From the NCBI RefSeq assembly GCF_001194135.2, contig NC_068996.1:7856488-7920316 (forward strand): a stretch of DNA of 63,829 bases, given 5' to 3'. This document shows, piece by piece, positions 1-12,314 of this stretch; within the stretch, counting starts at the first letter, position 1; the number at the start of each line of letters is the position of its first letter. Source of the stretch: Octopus bimaculoides (taxonomy: Eukaryota). The translations under genes and the position numbers were made by a program. Under the pieces are notes generated by a model. That model searched no databases. It was given only the letters and a program-made list of their open reading frames with translations, and was not told the origin of the DNA.

Positions 1-202
1 TGTACATTATTGGGATAGATGGATGAAGGTGAATTAGTGAGGTAGCATGTTTTTAAATGTGAGGAAAAAAAAATTATTCATTGGAAAGGTTTTAGTGTTT
101 TTAAGATCTTATGCTTGCATGAAGAGACTAGTTCAGAATTTGGTCTACAAATGTTGCAGTGTTTGGGTGCCATTGGTGAACAAGTTTTCATTCTGTTGGT
201 AA

Positions 203-233
<31 letters not shown>

Positions 234-424
234 CAGCAGGTATGCCATGATCATCACTGCAATACTGGTTCCCAGCCAAGTGTCTTTTCATGCTGGGAAA
301 CAAACAGTCAGATGGAGTCAAATCAGGAGGACAGGGAGACTGACCAGTTCAAAACCAGTCGTTGAAACCAAAGACTTATGTATTGAAGCATTGACCTGTT
401 GAAACTAGACTCCTTTAGTCAGTT

Positions 425-597
425 TACTGAGTTCGACTCCAGGCAGTGACCTGAATAATAATATCAAAAAATAGGAATGAGAATCCAGGTTTGAAATTTC
501 CCCAAGACACCTGAACAAGGCTGGAGGGTATATCAGCTGAAACGTTGTGTTAACAACAAACAAGATGAGGACAAATATCCGTCAAATGTAAATAATG
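425..597 (+). mobile_element. Family H SINE copy 1 (tRNA-derived head remnant plus hammerhead-containing body)
   Basis: B-box GAGTTCGACTCC at about 430-441, then ...aggaatgagaatccaggtttgaaatttccccaagacac-HHR-taacaacaaacaagatgaggacaaatatccgtcaaatgtaaataatg. Same body recurs at 18154-18380(-) and 43434-43595(-). Confidence 0.8.
506..551 (+). ncRNA. Minimal type I hammerhead ribozyme motif, degenerate core (G8>C)
   Basis: Stem I gacac/gtgtt; core CTGAACA(+A); stem II ggctg/cagct with 10-nt loop; GAA-ACGT-T (palindromic stem-III substitute, GUU triplet). Confidence 0.65.
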
Positions 598-779
598 CCC
601 ATCCAGTAGACTTTGACACAGTTTCTTCCTACCAAATTTTATGCAAAAGACTTGGATTAACTCAAGACTAGTAAAAACATTTGCTGAAGATACCAGGCAG
701 TGAAATTGAAACTGGAGTCTCATGATTTCAAAGTGAACAGCTTAATCACTCGGCCACTTCTACTCCACATCCTCACTCG

Positions 780-844
780 CACCCATTCACATTACACACA
801 TACACAATATATATATTTTCACACACATACATATATACACACAT

Positions 845-893
<49 letters not shown>

Positions 894-1075
894 TTTTATA
901 CACATATACACACACATTATATACACATATACACACATACACATATCATATGCACACATACACATATACACATTATATACACACATGCACATATACACAC
1001 ATATGCACACATTCACATTATATACACACATACACACACACATACATATTCTCACACACACACACACACACATAT
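780..1075. repeat. Compound (CA)/(TA) microsatellite
   Basis: Directly visible; source of the HT/IY-rich ORFs in the track. Confidence 0.95.
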
Positions 1076-1471
1076 TCCCACACACCATCTCGACTTACGA
1101 CAGAGATGCATTCCGACTGACAGGTCAAATTTATAGTTTTCAACACCATTTTCATTCAAACGCAACTGATGCTTGAAAGTGACTGAATGAGAGACAGTGG
1201 CAAGCAGTGGGTGCCTGGGTCTGAAGGAGGCCTGTGTTGCCAAATACTGCCATAGTTACCTTATGCCAAAAATCAATTATAAAAATTTTTTGATTTTTGA
1301 TTTTTGTGGTCATAAGTCGTAAGTTGAAAAGGCGTGTGTGTGTGTGATAACTGAGGAAGAATTAGGGTCCTTGTGTCTATCCTACTTGTAGGTTTTGTAG
1401 TATTTACTGCATTTTTCATTTATGGAATAATTGAACGCTACACATCCCGACTTTTAACAGTAAGTTTGTAT

Positions 1472-1531
<60 letters not shown>

Positions 1532-1538
1532 ATATATA

Positions 1539-2873
1539 TAGGCTGTGATGGATGAACTGTCACCATTTTAGGTTTTAAATTTCATGCATGCACATTGTTT
1601 CTGATTTTGTCAACTACACAGTATAGTAGGGTCAGTTGGGCACTGTCTATGAGAAAAACAGCACCATAATACAATTCACTGCTAGTAATTTGGAAATGAC
1701 CTGCTGTACTGTTTAGCATTCATGCTGGAAGCTCCAATATGAGCATTTCAGAGGGTTTGGGTATCGATCTGAGGATAGCACAATTGAATTCAGAAAGAGT
1801 TGGAGATTACAAAGGTACAGCAGTTCAGAAGACTCTCAGATCATTCCGATAAGAACTGAATTTGTTGGTGAGATCCAGGCCATGATTGCTAACGATCCTT
1901 CCAAGTCAATCAGAACCATCGTCAGGAACATGGAAGTGTCTGAGTTTCTTATCAGGCAGGTAGTGCACAAACACATTTGGCATTCCTCATACAAGATGAA
2001 AAAGGGCCAATTTTTATCCCAAGCCATCAAGGACAAGAGGAAAGACTGTGCTATGAAGCTTTTGAACAAACTCAAGCATCCTCTTCAACCAAACATGCTT
2101 TGGTTTTTCTCAGATGAGAAAAATTTCTGCCAGTGTCAGATGGTGAACACAGAGCAACCTTTGGCTTGCCACATTCCCAAAACTTGTACCAAGAGTGATA
2201 AAAATCAAACATCCAGTCAACATCACGGTGATTGGAGTGATCACTAGTGATGGCAACGTTATGCCTCCATTCATCTTTCCACATGGCCTCACACTCAAAT
2301 CGGGTGGGGGGGGGGCTATATCAAGTGCCTGGAGGAAGTAATGCTGTTCTGAGTTAAGAGGGTTGCTGCTGGAAGACCCTATGTCTGGCCAAAAGGACTC
2401 TGCACCATGCCACACAAGCAGGAGAACCCAGTCTTGGCTGTCAGACAATTTCTGCGACCACATCACCCGAACACCTGGCCACCTAACTAAGACTGCAACT
2501 CCCTTGATCATAATGTGTGGGGTGCAGTTGAGCGAAAGACCAACAAAACTTCTTGTAGCACCAAAGATGAACTGACGGCAAGGATAATGGCAGCATTCAA
2601 TAATTCAAACAAGGAGACTGTCCAGAAGAGTTGCAGGAGATTCTGAAATCGTCTGGAGGCCATGGTTGAAGCCAATACTCTTACTTTTTTACTTGTTTCA
2701 GTCATTTGACTGCGGCCATGCTGGAGCACTGCCTTTAGTCGAGGAAATCGACCCCAGGACTTATTCTTTGTAAGCCTAGTACCTATTCTATCAGTCTCTT
2801 TTGCCAAACTGCAAAGTTACAGGGACGTAGACACACCATCATCGGTTGTCAAGCGATGTTGGGGGGACAGACA

Positions 2874-2917
<44 letters not shown>

Positions 2918-3222
2918 TATATACGACGGACTTCTTTCAGTTTCGGTCTACCAAATCCACTCACAAGGCTTTGGTCGGCCCGAGGCTATAGTTGAAGACA
3001 CTTGCCCAAGGTGCCACGCAGTGGGACTGAACCCGGAACCATGTGGTTCGTAAGCAAGCTACTTACCACACAGCCACTCCTACGCCTATGGTGATTTCAT
3101 TAAATTTACTTTTTAGTATTTCAAGGTATTTTAATGTAACTTTGGTGAATATATCTATTAAAATGAGATAGTGATATTTTCATTTTTGTGTAACTTAGGC
3201 AATTTATTTCCTGCACCCTGTA
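1539..3222 (+). mobile_element. Decayed Tc1/mariner-superfamily transposon, maT (D,D37D)-like, interrupted by a SINE
   Basis: Frameshifted transposase: WFFSDEKNF (D1), QKDSAPCH (D2), TWPPN..DCN.LD (D3, 37 residues after D2 when two lost codons are restored). C-terminus AMVEAN/GDFIK is split by the SINE at 2677-3088. Right end ggcaatttatttcctgcaccctg-TA; degenerate left end near 1539. Confidence 0.85.
2677..3088 (-). mobile_element. Family A tRNA-derived SINE, full length, young
   Basis: Minus strand: A-box TGGCTGTGTGGTAAG, B-box GGTTCAGTCCC, CORE-like ccttgggcaagtgtc, central TA/CA tract, (GTAAAAGA)-type tail. More than 15 copies in window. Confidence 0.92.
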
Positions 3223-3882
3223 CACACACACACACACACACACACACCCCACATGCCAAATGTGGAGAATTCTTGTTTTTTTAAGATCATCTCCCCTTAT
3301 ATGCAGCTGGCCTCAATTGCCATTTGCGAATTATGACATCCTTTAGCACTAAAGACAATTTTAATAAATCAAGAATATATATTGTGTGGCATTTCATATA
3401 CTTGTATTTGCCTAAGTTGTTCAAATACATGTCAACGTCCACTGAAAAATTTCGCTTAGCTCATTTCTGTTCCAACAATGTGTGTGTGTGTGTGTGCAAA
3501 TGTGCATGCATGCATGTGTGTGCTATTTCACTTAGTCATGGTAATATTAATAACCAAATCTTAGAACTCAATATACTTTACAGCAAACCAGCAGGTCAGT
3601 GCAGAGCATTATTAATTAATGAACGACAAAAGAGCAAAAGTTATATCACTCATTAGCTAATGAAAGTGATTATGTAACTCCTGTTCTTTCATAATTAACA
3701 TTTATTTCATATCTTTTGCTATGCTTTCATAGATGGAACAAATGTTATTTGAGGTATTGTTTTACAACCCAATACCCTTTCGGATGCTAAGCATAGTCCA
3801 AGAAGATGAATGGAGGCATAACATCACCATCACTAGTAAGAGATCAGTTATTCCACAGGGGTTTTGATGCGTGATTCACCTA

Positions 3883-4173
3883 CAGCAGTGATTTTTAGGG
3901 CTGCCACTCCCTTGGCACTCGGGCAACATTCGTAGAGCCCATCCACATTCACCCCCACAAACATAAACCTCTTTCTGAAGCAAATTCAAAACAAATGTAT
4001 TTCACAAAACTTAACCTAATTAACCCATTATTTTGGGCTTTTTTTTTTTTTTTTTTACATCTGTCACCCTTTTCTTGACTCCCCATTATTGCCCCACTTT
4101 TCTTTAACATGCCCCTAGATCTTTACGCTGCCCCCACGGGTGGGGGCACTACTGCCCACTTTGGGAATTGCTG
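3883..4173. mobile_element. Possible old hAT-like MITE
   Basis: Weak terminal complementarity cagcagtgatt... / ...gggaattgctg with GC-rich subterminal blocks; no TSD seen. Confidence 0.3.
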
Positions 4174-4719
4174 GCCTACACTTAAGACAAACTGAAAATT
4201 ACACTGCCCACATTTTCACAGAAGCACACTTTCATTTGCAAATATGAAGAATAAAGTCAGATATACACACAAGGGCATCACTGAAGTGAGAAGCTTGCTT
4301 CCCAACCAATTGGCTTCAGGTTCAGCATCACTGTGTGGCACCACAAGTTGACCAAAGTCTTGTGTGGAGGTTTGATAGATGGAAACGCACAGAAACGTGT
4401 GTGTTTATATTCAATTCTCTGAAAAATCACTGAGCTACAAGCAGTGAAGATATTTTGCCTCTCAACTAATCATTTCCTAGGCTTCTCCCTTCATATGTTA
4501 TAAAAGATGTATTTGTGGAAAAGATAAGGGATTGCAACAAACACGAACAATGTACTGCTGAAAACAATATCTCAATAGTGTATGTAATCCATGGAAAAAT
4601 GGATGTAAAAATGAGTGAATTTTATATAAATTTACACACACACAAATCAATGTGAGGTTTTGTATATGACTGACATGCAAGAATTAGTAGCTAAAATCTT
4701 CCTCCATACCAGACACCTT

Positions 4720-4752
<33 letters not shown>

Positions 4753-5197
4753 CAAAAAAATTCATTGGATAAATACAGTCCTGTCCTATGTCCATGTCTA
4801 ACAAAACAAATATAATAAAATGTGTAAAAAAGAATAAAAAAACACTGGTCGTGGTTGAAATACTTTTGATTATATGTCTGCTTGATCACAATTGACCAAA
4901 GACGGGTTCGGTTAAAATAGAAAAATATTTATAGCAAATGTGAAACATTAAAATCCAAGGAAGCTAGTGTTGGTCTGTGTAGGCCGTTCACTATTACTAT
5001 TACTGCATTCCATCTCTGTCCCCTTAATTTCTCTCAGTCTGCTCCCCCCACACACACACACACAAACAACTAGGTCTTAATTGAGTATAATATGCTTCAC
5101 TAAGAACCAATAAAACTAAAACATGTCTTGCTTTCCCCAATTGGTTTTGAAGGCAATTTATACTGTCTAGTCTACATTGATAATTAAAAAATATTCT

Positions 5198-5790
5198 GAC
5201 ATGGCTTTGTGGTTAAGATGGTTGTTTTGCAATCACAGCTTCAGATTTGATTCTACTGTGCAGCATGTTGGTTAAGCCTTCTCTTATAGTCCCAGGTTAA
5301 CCAATGCCTTATGAGTGAATTTGGTAAACAGAAACTGTGATGCTTGTTGTATGTGTGTGTCTTCATATTAATGTTTGCTCTACCACCCAGTGTTTCAAGT
5401 CTTGGTATATTTATGTACCAATAATTAACAATTTGGCAAAAAGAGACATAGAATAAGTACAGTATTAAAGGCAGCGAGCTGACAGAAAATGTTAGCATGC
5501 CGGGCAAAATGCTTAGCGGTATTTCGTCTGCCTTTATGTTCTGAGTTCAAATTCTGCAGAGGTCAACTTTGCCTTTCATCCTTTCGGGGTCGATAAATTA
5601 TGTAACAGTTACGTACTGAGGTCAATCTAATTAACTGGTCCCCTCCCTAAAGATTTCGGGCCTTGTGCCTAGAGTAGAAAAAGAATAAGTACAGACTTAA
5701 AAACATAAATACTGAGGTTAATTTGTTCAACTAAACACTTCAAAGTGGTACCCCAACATGGCCACAGTCCTACAACTGGAAACAGGAAGA
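5198..5790 (+). mobile_element. Old family A SINE split by a family M SINE
   Basis: Degenerate family A head and body at 5198-5462; tail resumes after 5682. Confidence 0.7.
5463..5681 (+). mobile_element. Family M tRNA-related SINE (ggcagcgagctg...gactttgcctttcatcctttcggggtcgataaat)
   Basis: 13-bp TSD agaataagtacag at 5450-5462 and 5682-5694; B-box GAGTTCAAATTC. The central block resembles the Meta/Sauria-type SINE domain (from memory). Confidence 0.85.
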
Positions 5791-5838
5791 TAATAGATGT
5801 TTGCTCATATTGGAGTCATTTCCCTTATTTGTTATTTA

Positions 5839-5965
5839 TACAGGGTGTCCACAAGGTCTGGGCACATGGAGTAAATAAAATCATAACATAATTAAATATA
5901 AGAAATAATAATTTCTTAAAATATGTGTTAATCCCCATGTACCCAGACTTTGAGGACACCCTGTA
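5839..5965. mobile_element. Mariner-derived MITE, about 125 bp
   Basis: TA-cagggtgtccacaaggtctgggcacatgg ... ccatgtacccagactttgaggacaccctg-TA: about 30-bp TIRs and TA TSD. Confidence 0.88.
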
Positions 5966-6458
5966 GATGTGACACCTTCCTTCAGGTAGTTTTGTTAATT
6001 GCTAAGATAATCTCAGTTAATTCTAGTTTTTCAACTCATTCATTATCTAAGTGAGATCCTTACCATATGTGTCATTTAATCTAAAGAACATTCACCCTGA
6101 GTAATTAATATCAACAATATGGATGAATGAAAATAAGTGTCACCACATCCCTTATGTCTCCCATTATTATCATCAATCACCATTTCAACATCTACATTTC
6201 CATGCTGGCATAGATTAGCTGGAATTTGTTGAGGCAGATTTTCTACAGCCAGAGACTTTTCCTGTTGCCAACCATCACCTGTTTCCAAGTAAGGTAATAT
6301 TTCCACACAGCCAGACATGTTTTTATGGTAAACTGGCAACAGGACACCTTTGGGTGTATGATATTCATTTACACCTATCACATGATGTGAAGACAAAGAG
6401 ACACACAGACATTTATATACAGGTGCAGGTGTGGCTGTGCGGTAAGAAGCTCGCTTCC

Positions 6459-7881
6459 GGTCTTGCGCAGTGAGTTAGTTTCTTCTGAACCAAGGTGGAT
6501 GTGAGCCAGTTGCGCTCCATCCAAAAAGAAAAAAGAACAAAAACAGAGGAGGTCGGCGAGGTAGGTGATTGTTTTATTTGAGCTGTGCATAATTTATTAA
6601 AGTGTAATTTTTGTTAATAAATTTCGTACAGCCCTGGACAATTTCTCCTACTCTCGGTGGCTGCAGTTTTTGTATATTGCGAATTCTACAGATTCGTTTC
6701 GAAAAAGGGGGCGTATCCTCGCCCGAATGAATAGAACCTGATACAGTTGTTGTTGCAGTTACCATTGGCAGTAGCCTGTATTCGTGTTTGGATTTATTGG
6801 ATTTATTTTACCAATTACCGAAAAGATTCACGCCAAGGACCCTATCCACATTCGGCCGGAGTACCTGCGGGCCAGGAAATTGGATTTTTTGCTGTGTTTT
6901 TCTTTCTCCGTCTAGCTTCCTGATTATCTGGTGATAATTGAGGGTAGGCAACCCGGGTGTCACCTGTGCCTAAAAGTTGGCCATATCTGAAAAAACTGCC
7001 CCCAGGGCCGCGGGAAGGCCATGGAAGAGAAAAAGAAAAGTGTCCCCGACGCCCCCCACCATCGGAGGGGGAGATGACAAAAGTTGTGGAGGCGGCTGCC
7101 TCCACAAAAAGAAAGACACAGGTGAGCAACAAGGGTTGCTCACCAAATAATGTATAGGTGGAACAGGAGGCAGAGGAGGACAGCGATCCTCTGCATCTGC
7201 CGACGTTGCCCCCTGTCGCAGCAAAGAAAAAGAGGAAAAGAAAGAAGAGGAAGAAGTCGGCGGATGCTTCTGTGCCGCCGAGCGAACCCCCAGCCCCTCC
7301 GGTGGGAATTGTGCCACTGGATAGGGAGATTCTGTCAGCGGGAACTGTGCTGCTGACAGAACAATGCGAGATCCCTCCCTCCAAGGAGGAGGAGGAGTTT
7401 GTCCTTCTGTACCTCAAGAAAGGGACCATAGAAAAATTTTTGGACAGGGAGTGCGGCCAGGAAAGATCTTTCTCGGCTTGCACGTCCAGTTCAACATGGC
7501 CTCCGCAGGTAGCTGCAGAGGTTGTAACTAGTAAGACCTCGTCAAAAGTCAAGTCCAACTTTGACAAGAATAATTTTGTCTGCCTCGCCACAGACTCCAA
7601 CTTGTCAATGCGGACTTGTCTGCAGGCAGCAAGTAAATTGCTTAGGAGCTGTGACGGGGCGAATTGATTATTTATTGTTTTGATTTTTTGGAACATTGTA
7701 GTATTGATGTAATTGTAATTATTGAATTGTATTGAACAAAGGTTTTCGAGGGGTTGCCAGTCGGTGAGCGCTGGTGCCCCTCTCATTTTTCATCTATGTC
7801 ATCCTCATTTTGTCAATGTTTCTGTCCAGCTCTAGCTTCTGCTAATTTTTGTAATGCCTAAATGGCAAATTTCATGAAATA
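6459..7881 (+). mobile_element. Non-autonomous L1/Tx1-like non-LTR retroelement (ORF1 remnant only)
   Basis: 15-bp TSD aagaagct(c/t)gcttcc at 6444-6458 and 7882-7896; GC-rich body; CCHC zinc knuckle; ends in ...catgaaataaa; no EN/RT recognisable. Confidence 0.78.
6856..7667 (+). pseudogene. Gag-like ORF1 remnant with CX2CX4HX4C knuckle
   Basis: LPDYLVIIEGRQPG-CHLCLKVGHI*KNC (6958-6999, in-frame TGA probably from CGA), a frameshift near 7050, then a Pro/Lys-rich tail (KKKRKRKKRKK) in ORFs 6957-7157 and 7158-7667. Confidence 0.72.
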
Positions 7882-8921
7882 AAGAAGCTTGCTTCCCAAC
7901 CACATGGTTCCAGGTTCAGTTACACTGCATGGCACATTGAACAAGTGTCTTCTACTATAGCTTCATGAGCAGATTTGGTAGATAGAAACTGAAAGAAGTC
8001 CATTGTACATATGCGTGTATGTATGTGTGTTTGTGTACAGCGTCTGCCCCACCACTGCTTGATAACTGGTGTTGGTGTGTTTACATTCCTGTGACTTAGC
8101 AGTTCAGCAAAAGAGACCAATAGAATAAGTACCAGGCTTATAAGAAGTACTGGGGGTCAATACATTTGACTAAAAATTCTTCAAGGTACTACACCAGCAT
8201 GGAAAAAGTAAAGGACAAAAGGTATATAAACAGATATACCAATTACATGCCTCAGCAATTACCAAATCCACTCACAGGGATTCGATTGGTCTACATCTAT
8301 AGAAGTCTCTCACTCAAGATACTGCAGAATGGGATGGAACCCAAGGTCATGTGGTTAGGAAGTAAGCTTCTCAATCACACAACCATGCCTACATCTACAT
8401 ATGCGCATGTATGCAACACACACACACACACACACACACACCGAGCATGTGTGAAGGTGTAGGCAACAGGAAGAATAGTGGTATTATAAATGGAAAGAGT
8501 GTGTGTGCGTACACAGATACAGAAAGTAGATAGAGAATTAGAGATGGGTACAGGGGACAAAAATAACCTCAACAAACAGCTTGTTAGTTGGAATCGGTAA
8601 ACATGTGTAGGGGGGAGGTGCTCATGTAGGTTATAAAAGGTGCAAGGAATATATGTTCAAGGAATTTGAACTTAATGTTAAGTTGTTTATTTCTGAAGCC
8701 GTTATTACTTTTCCTGTTTTGGTGGGTGGAGATGGAGGGTGAACAAGGCCAAGCAAAGTTCAACATACTCCAAATAACTTAATCCCTCATCCTTCACTCA
8801 CACATACACACTGTGAAGCGCTAGGTTAATATAGATAGCTAGAGCAGGTTAAAGGTCAGTGAAACTTTAAAAAAAATAACACACACACACACACATACAC
8901 ACACACATACACACACACATT

Positions 8922-9250
8922 ACCTGTTTCAGTCATTGGACTGCAGCCATGCTGGAGCACTACATTGAAGGGTTTAGTCAAATCAAATCCAGTACTTTTC
9001 TTTTTAAAGTCATACTAATTCTATCAGTCTTTTGCCAAACTGTTAAGTTACAGGGATATAAACAAACCAGCACCAATTGTCAAGCAGTAGTGGTAACAAG
9101 CACACAGAGACAAACACTTTCTTTCAGTTTTCATCTACCAAATTTACTCACAAGGCTTTGGTTGACTCAAAGCTATAGAAGACATTTGCCCAAGGCCCTG
9201 AACCAAAGGCCACATGGTTAAGAAACTAGCTTCTTGACCATTCTACCATC
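8922..9250 (-). mobile_element. Family A SINE, older copy
   Basis: tttcagtcattggactgcagccatgctggagcac ... ctatagaagacatttgcccaagg. Confidence 0.8.
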
Positions 9251-9269
9251 CCTGAAACTATAATGTTGG

Positions 9270-9293
9270 TTAGGGTTAGGGTTAGGGTTAGGG
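9270..9293 (+). repeat. Interstitial telomeric repeat (TTAGGG)4
   Basis: Four exact units. Confidence 0.9.
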
Positions 9294-10792
9294 TGGTGAT
9301 GACAAGAGTGCAGTGACAGTGATAATGGTTTCCTTCTTTGGATTAGGAAACAAAAAACACTGATATTTATACATAATCTTAGACCTATAGACATAACAGC
9401 TATAGTACAAGACATTGATGGTACCAAATAAAAATCAAAACTTGAAAACTCCCAAAATCCTACCAGAATGATGTTTCAATAAAAACAAATTACAATATAT
9501 AGAAAAACATACAATATAAAAATATTACAATAGAGTTAATCCTAGATAAGGAAATACATTAAACACAGTGTTGTCAATGATAGAAAAACACTTAAAACAA
9601 AAAAACTTCAATTTCAGACCCTTGTCACTGATTATGTCACATTATCTGCTCTCCTGTATGACACAATCTGTCTCAACCTGTGTGTGCATGTGCGCCATTT
9701 ATTAAATGACTTATTACATACATGTGTTGGATAAATATGTTATGTGAGGCACTGTTTTACAGCTGGGTGTTCTTGACAAAGTAAAGGATTTATTTCTCAC
9801 AGCTTTGGAGACATGAAGTGACCAGACATTATGTCCTTTAAGATAGACAAACAACAACACTGCCACCTACACCACACAAGCAATTTCAGATGTAAACAAA
9901 CACACACCATGATGGTGATCTTCCTTCTCCTATGCACCAAAGCTTTGATCAGACCAGGGCTAAAGGAGACACCACTTGCCCATGGTACCATACAGTAGCA
10001 CTGAATTTGAAACCACAAGTCTCATAGAGCAAAAATAGACAACTGTAGCTCTGTGAACTGCTACAACGTCTATACACAGTGTATGTTTAGATGGGAGAGC
10101 CTCATTTGGATCCCTTTATAAAATTGTGAGTTTTCATTTATATCCAGTCAACCTGCTCAAAGATATCTCAGAATGAAGTTGTTGCTGTCCTTGTGTAACT
10201 GCTATTAACTCTGCTTAGACATACCTCACTATGAAGTTATGTGTAGGAGAATAAGAGGAGAACCCTGGTATGAATAACAGAATAAGAACAAACTCATCCA
10301 CTCCTGTAGACTTAAAAATAAAGAGTTCAGGTCTTTCTGTTTAAACATACTTCTCAGTAAAATTACAGCTGAGGTTTTATGAAACAATAATGAAGGACCA
10401 AGACATGTAGTGATATGCAGCAAAACCAATCTGTCCAAACACATACCTGTATACAAACTGAATTTGTTAAAAACAATGGTGACAAGATGGAGGGGAAAAT
10501 CATTAGAATGATGTTGAAGTTGCTGTTTATGTTATATAACATTGGTTTATTTTAATGTAAAAAACACTGGATCTTTCACTTGTTTCAATCATTGGAAAGT
10601 GGTCATACTGGATCACTGCGTTAAAGGATTTTAGTTAAACTTATTTAAACCTGATGCCCATTTTAGTGATTTCTTTTGTTGAACCACAAAGTTACATGGA
10701 TGTAAACAAATTGACACCAGTTATCAAACAATAGTAGGTGACACACTGACAAGGTTTTAAGTTGGCCCAGGACTATAGTAGGAGACATATAC

Positions 10793-10940
10793 ACATCATC
10801 ATTTAACATCCATCCTCCATGTTGGCATGGGTTGAATGAGTTGACAGGAGCTAGTCAACCAGAAGGTTGCAACAAGCTCCACTGTCAGCTTTCGCATGTT
10901 TTTTACATCTGGATGCCCTTTCTAATGCCAACCACTTTAC
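10793..10940 (-). mobile_element. RTE-LINE 3' end fragment
   Basis: catcatcatttaacatcc...ccatgttggcatgggttg...ggatgccctttctaatgccaaccact; same 3' end as the RTE at 43760-44308. Confidence 0.75.
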
Positions 10941-12237
10941 AAAGTGGAATTTGAACTCAAAACATAAAGACATGAAATGCTGCTCGGCATTTTGTTTGGT
11001 TTGCTAACAATTCTACCTGCTCATTGCCTTCGATAAAGCTCTAAATAATAGCATGCAAATACTGGGTTGAAAAGTTACCCATGCGACACAAACCCACATC
11101 TCCTGTAGACATGACAGGTGTTTGCCATTGGGCTAAAGCAATTTTCTTTATTCGTTTTAGAAACTTTACTCTTACCAGTAAGAATTCTATCTTGATAAAC
11201 ATACACACACATACTGGTTCAAATAGAATATGATCACACCACACTACAAACAGGAAAATAGCATTGGTATGGACAATGGAATAAGAATAAACCCCTCCAT
11301 CCCTGTGGATTTAATAAAGAGTTTAGTTTGAAATTCTGAAGCGTTCCAACTATATAACTCAGATGAAAATACTAGTCTCAATGTATCACATGTAATAATT
11401 AAGTCTTCTCAGAATTTCTGACCATAAATATTGTAGCATGAAATACAAGTGCATTGGGTTATTGTTACAGTGTTTCAAAAGTACAACAGATTAATGTAGC
11501 ATGTTGTATAGAGCATTGGAAGTAATGTTGTAGCATGTTATATAGTGTTAGATTAAAAGCTAAAACATGTTCTATAGTGTTGGAATTATGCAGTAGTATT
11601 ACATAGTTTATTAGATTAATGCCATGATGTGTTATATAAGGCATTATTTGACAGTTGCTAATCTATAGAACAGCCAAGTCTGTGATTTTAGTTTCAGAGT
11701 CAGCAGTACTACCTGTTGAGATTTCAGAACAGTTTAGATTGTATACATATGTATATGCGAGTATGTATTTCCATGTATGTGATGTGCATATGGTGCATTC
11801 GTGCACATTGTGTGCACATGTCTGTGTGCAATATCCGCATTTATGCATATTCTGCACATGCTTCTGTCTGCATGGTTGTACATGTTTTGTGCACTCCTCT
11901 ATGTCCAGATAGTGACGACTTAGGAAAAATGTCTCTCCAACCATGACCATTTCATTTTTTTTTATCCTTTTTGCAAGCTAACATATGTTCTTTTTTTTTT
12001 TTTTAATAAAGTAGTGTGGTTTGTGGGAAAGGAGATTTGGGTGCTATTTGTGGCTGGTCAAACAACCATGTACATACAGCTCTTGTTGGTTGGCAGTTAT
12101 AATAATAGTTGTGCTATTAATGAATGACTGGAATATATTGATAAACTGGGTGTTAGTCATCAGTATTGGGTGGGATGAATGAGGAATCGGTTATGAGAAA
12201 GGCAAGAGTGAAGGAAAGGACGAAGAAAGGAACAAAA

Positions 12238-12239
<2 letters not shown>

Positions 12240-12314
<75 letters not shown>

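Larger units (their letters stand above)
6422..8220 (+). mobile_element. Family A SINE split by a 1.42-kb insertion
   Basis: A-box half at 6422-6458; B-box half (caaccacatggttccaggttcagt...) resumes at 7897 and runs to the tail near 8220. Confidence 0.85.

Noticed and set aside
10440-10470. Possible 11-nt microexon on the minus strand (cag/tttgtatacag/gtatgt)
   Set aside because: Such signals arise by chance; no gene context.
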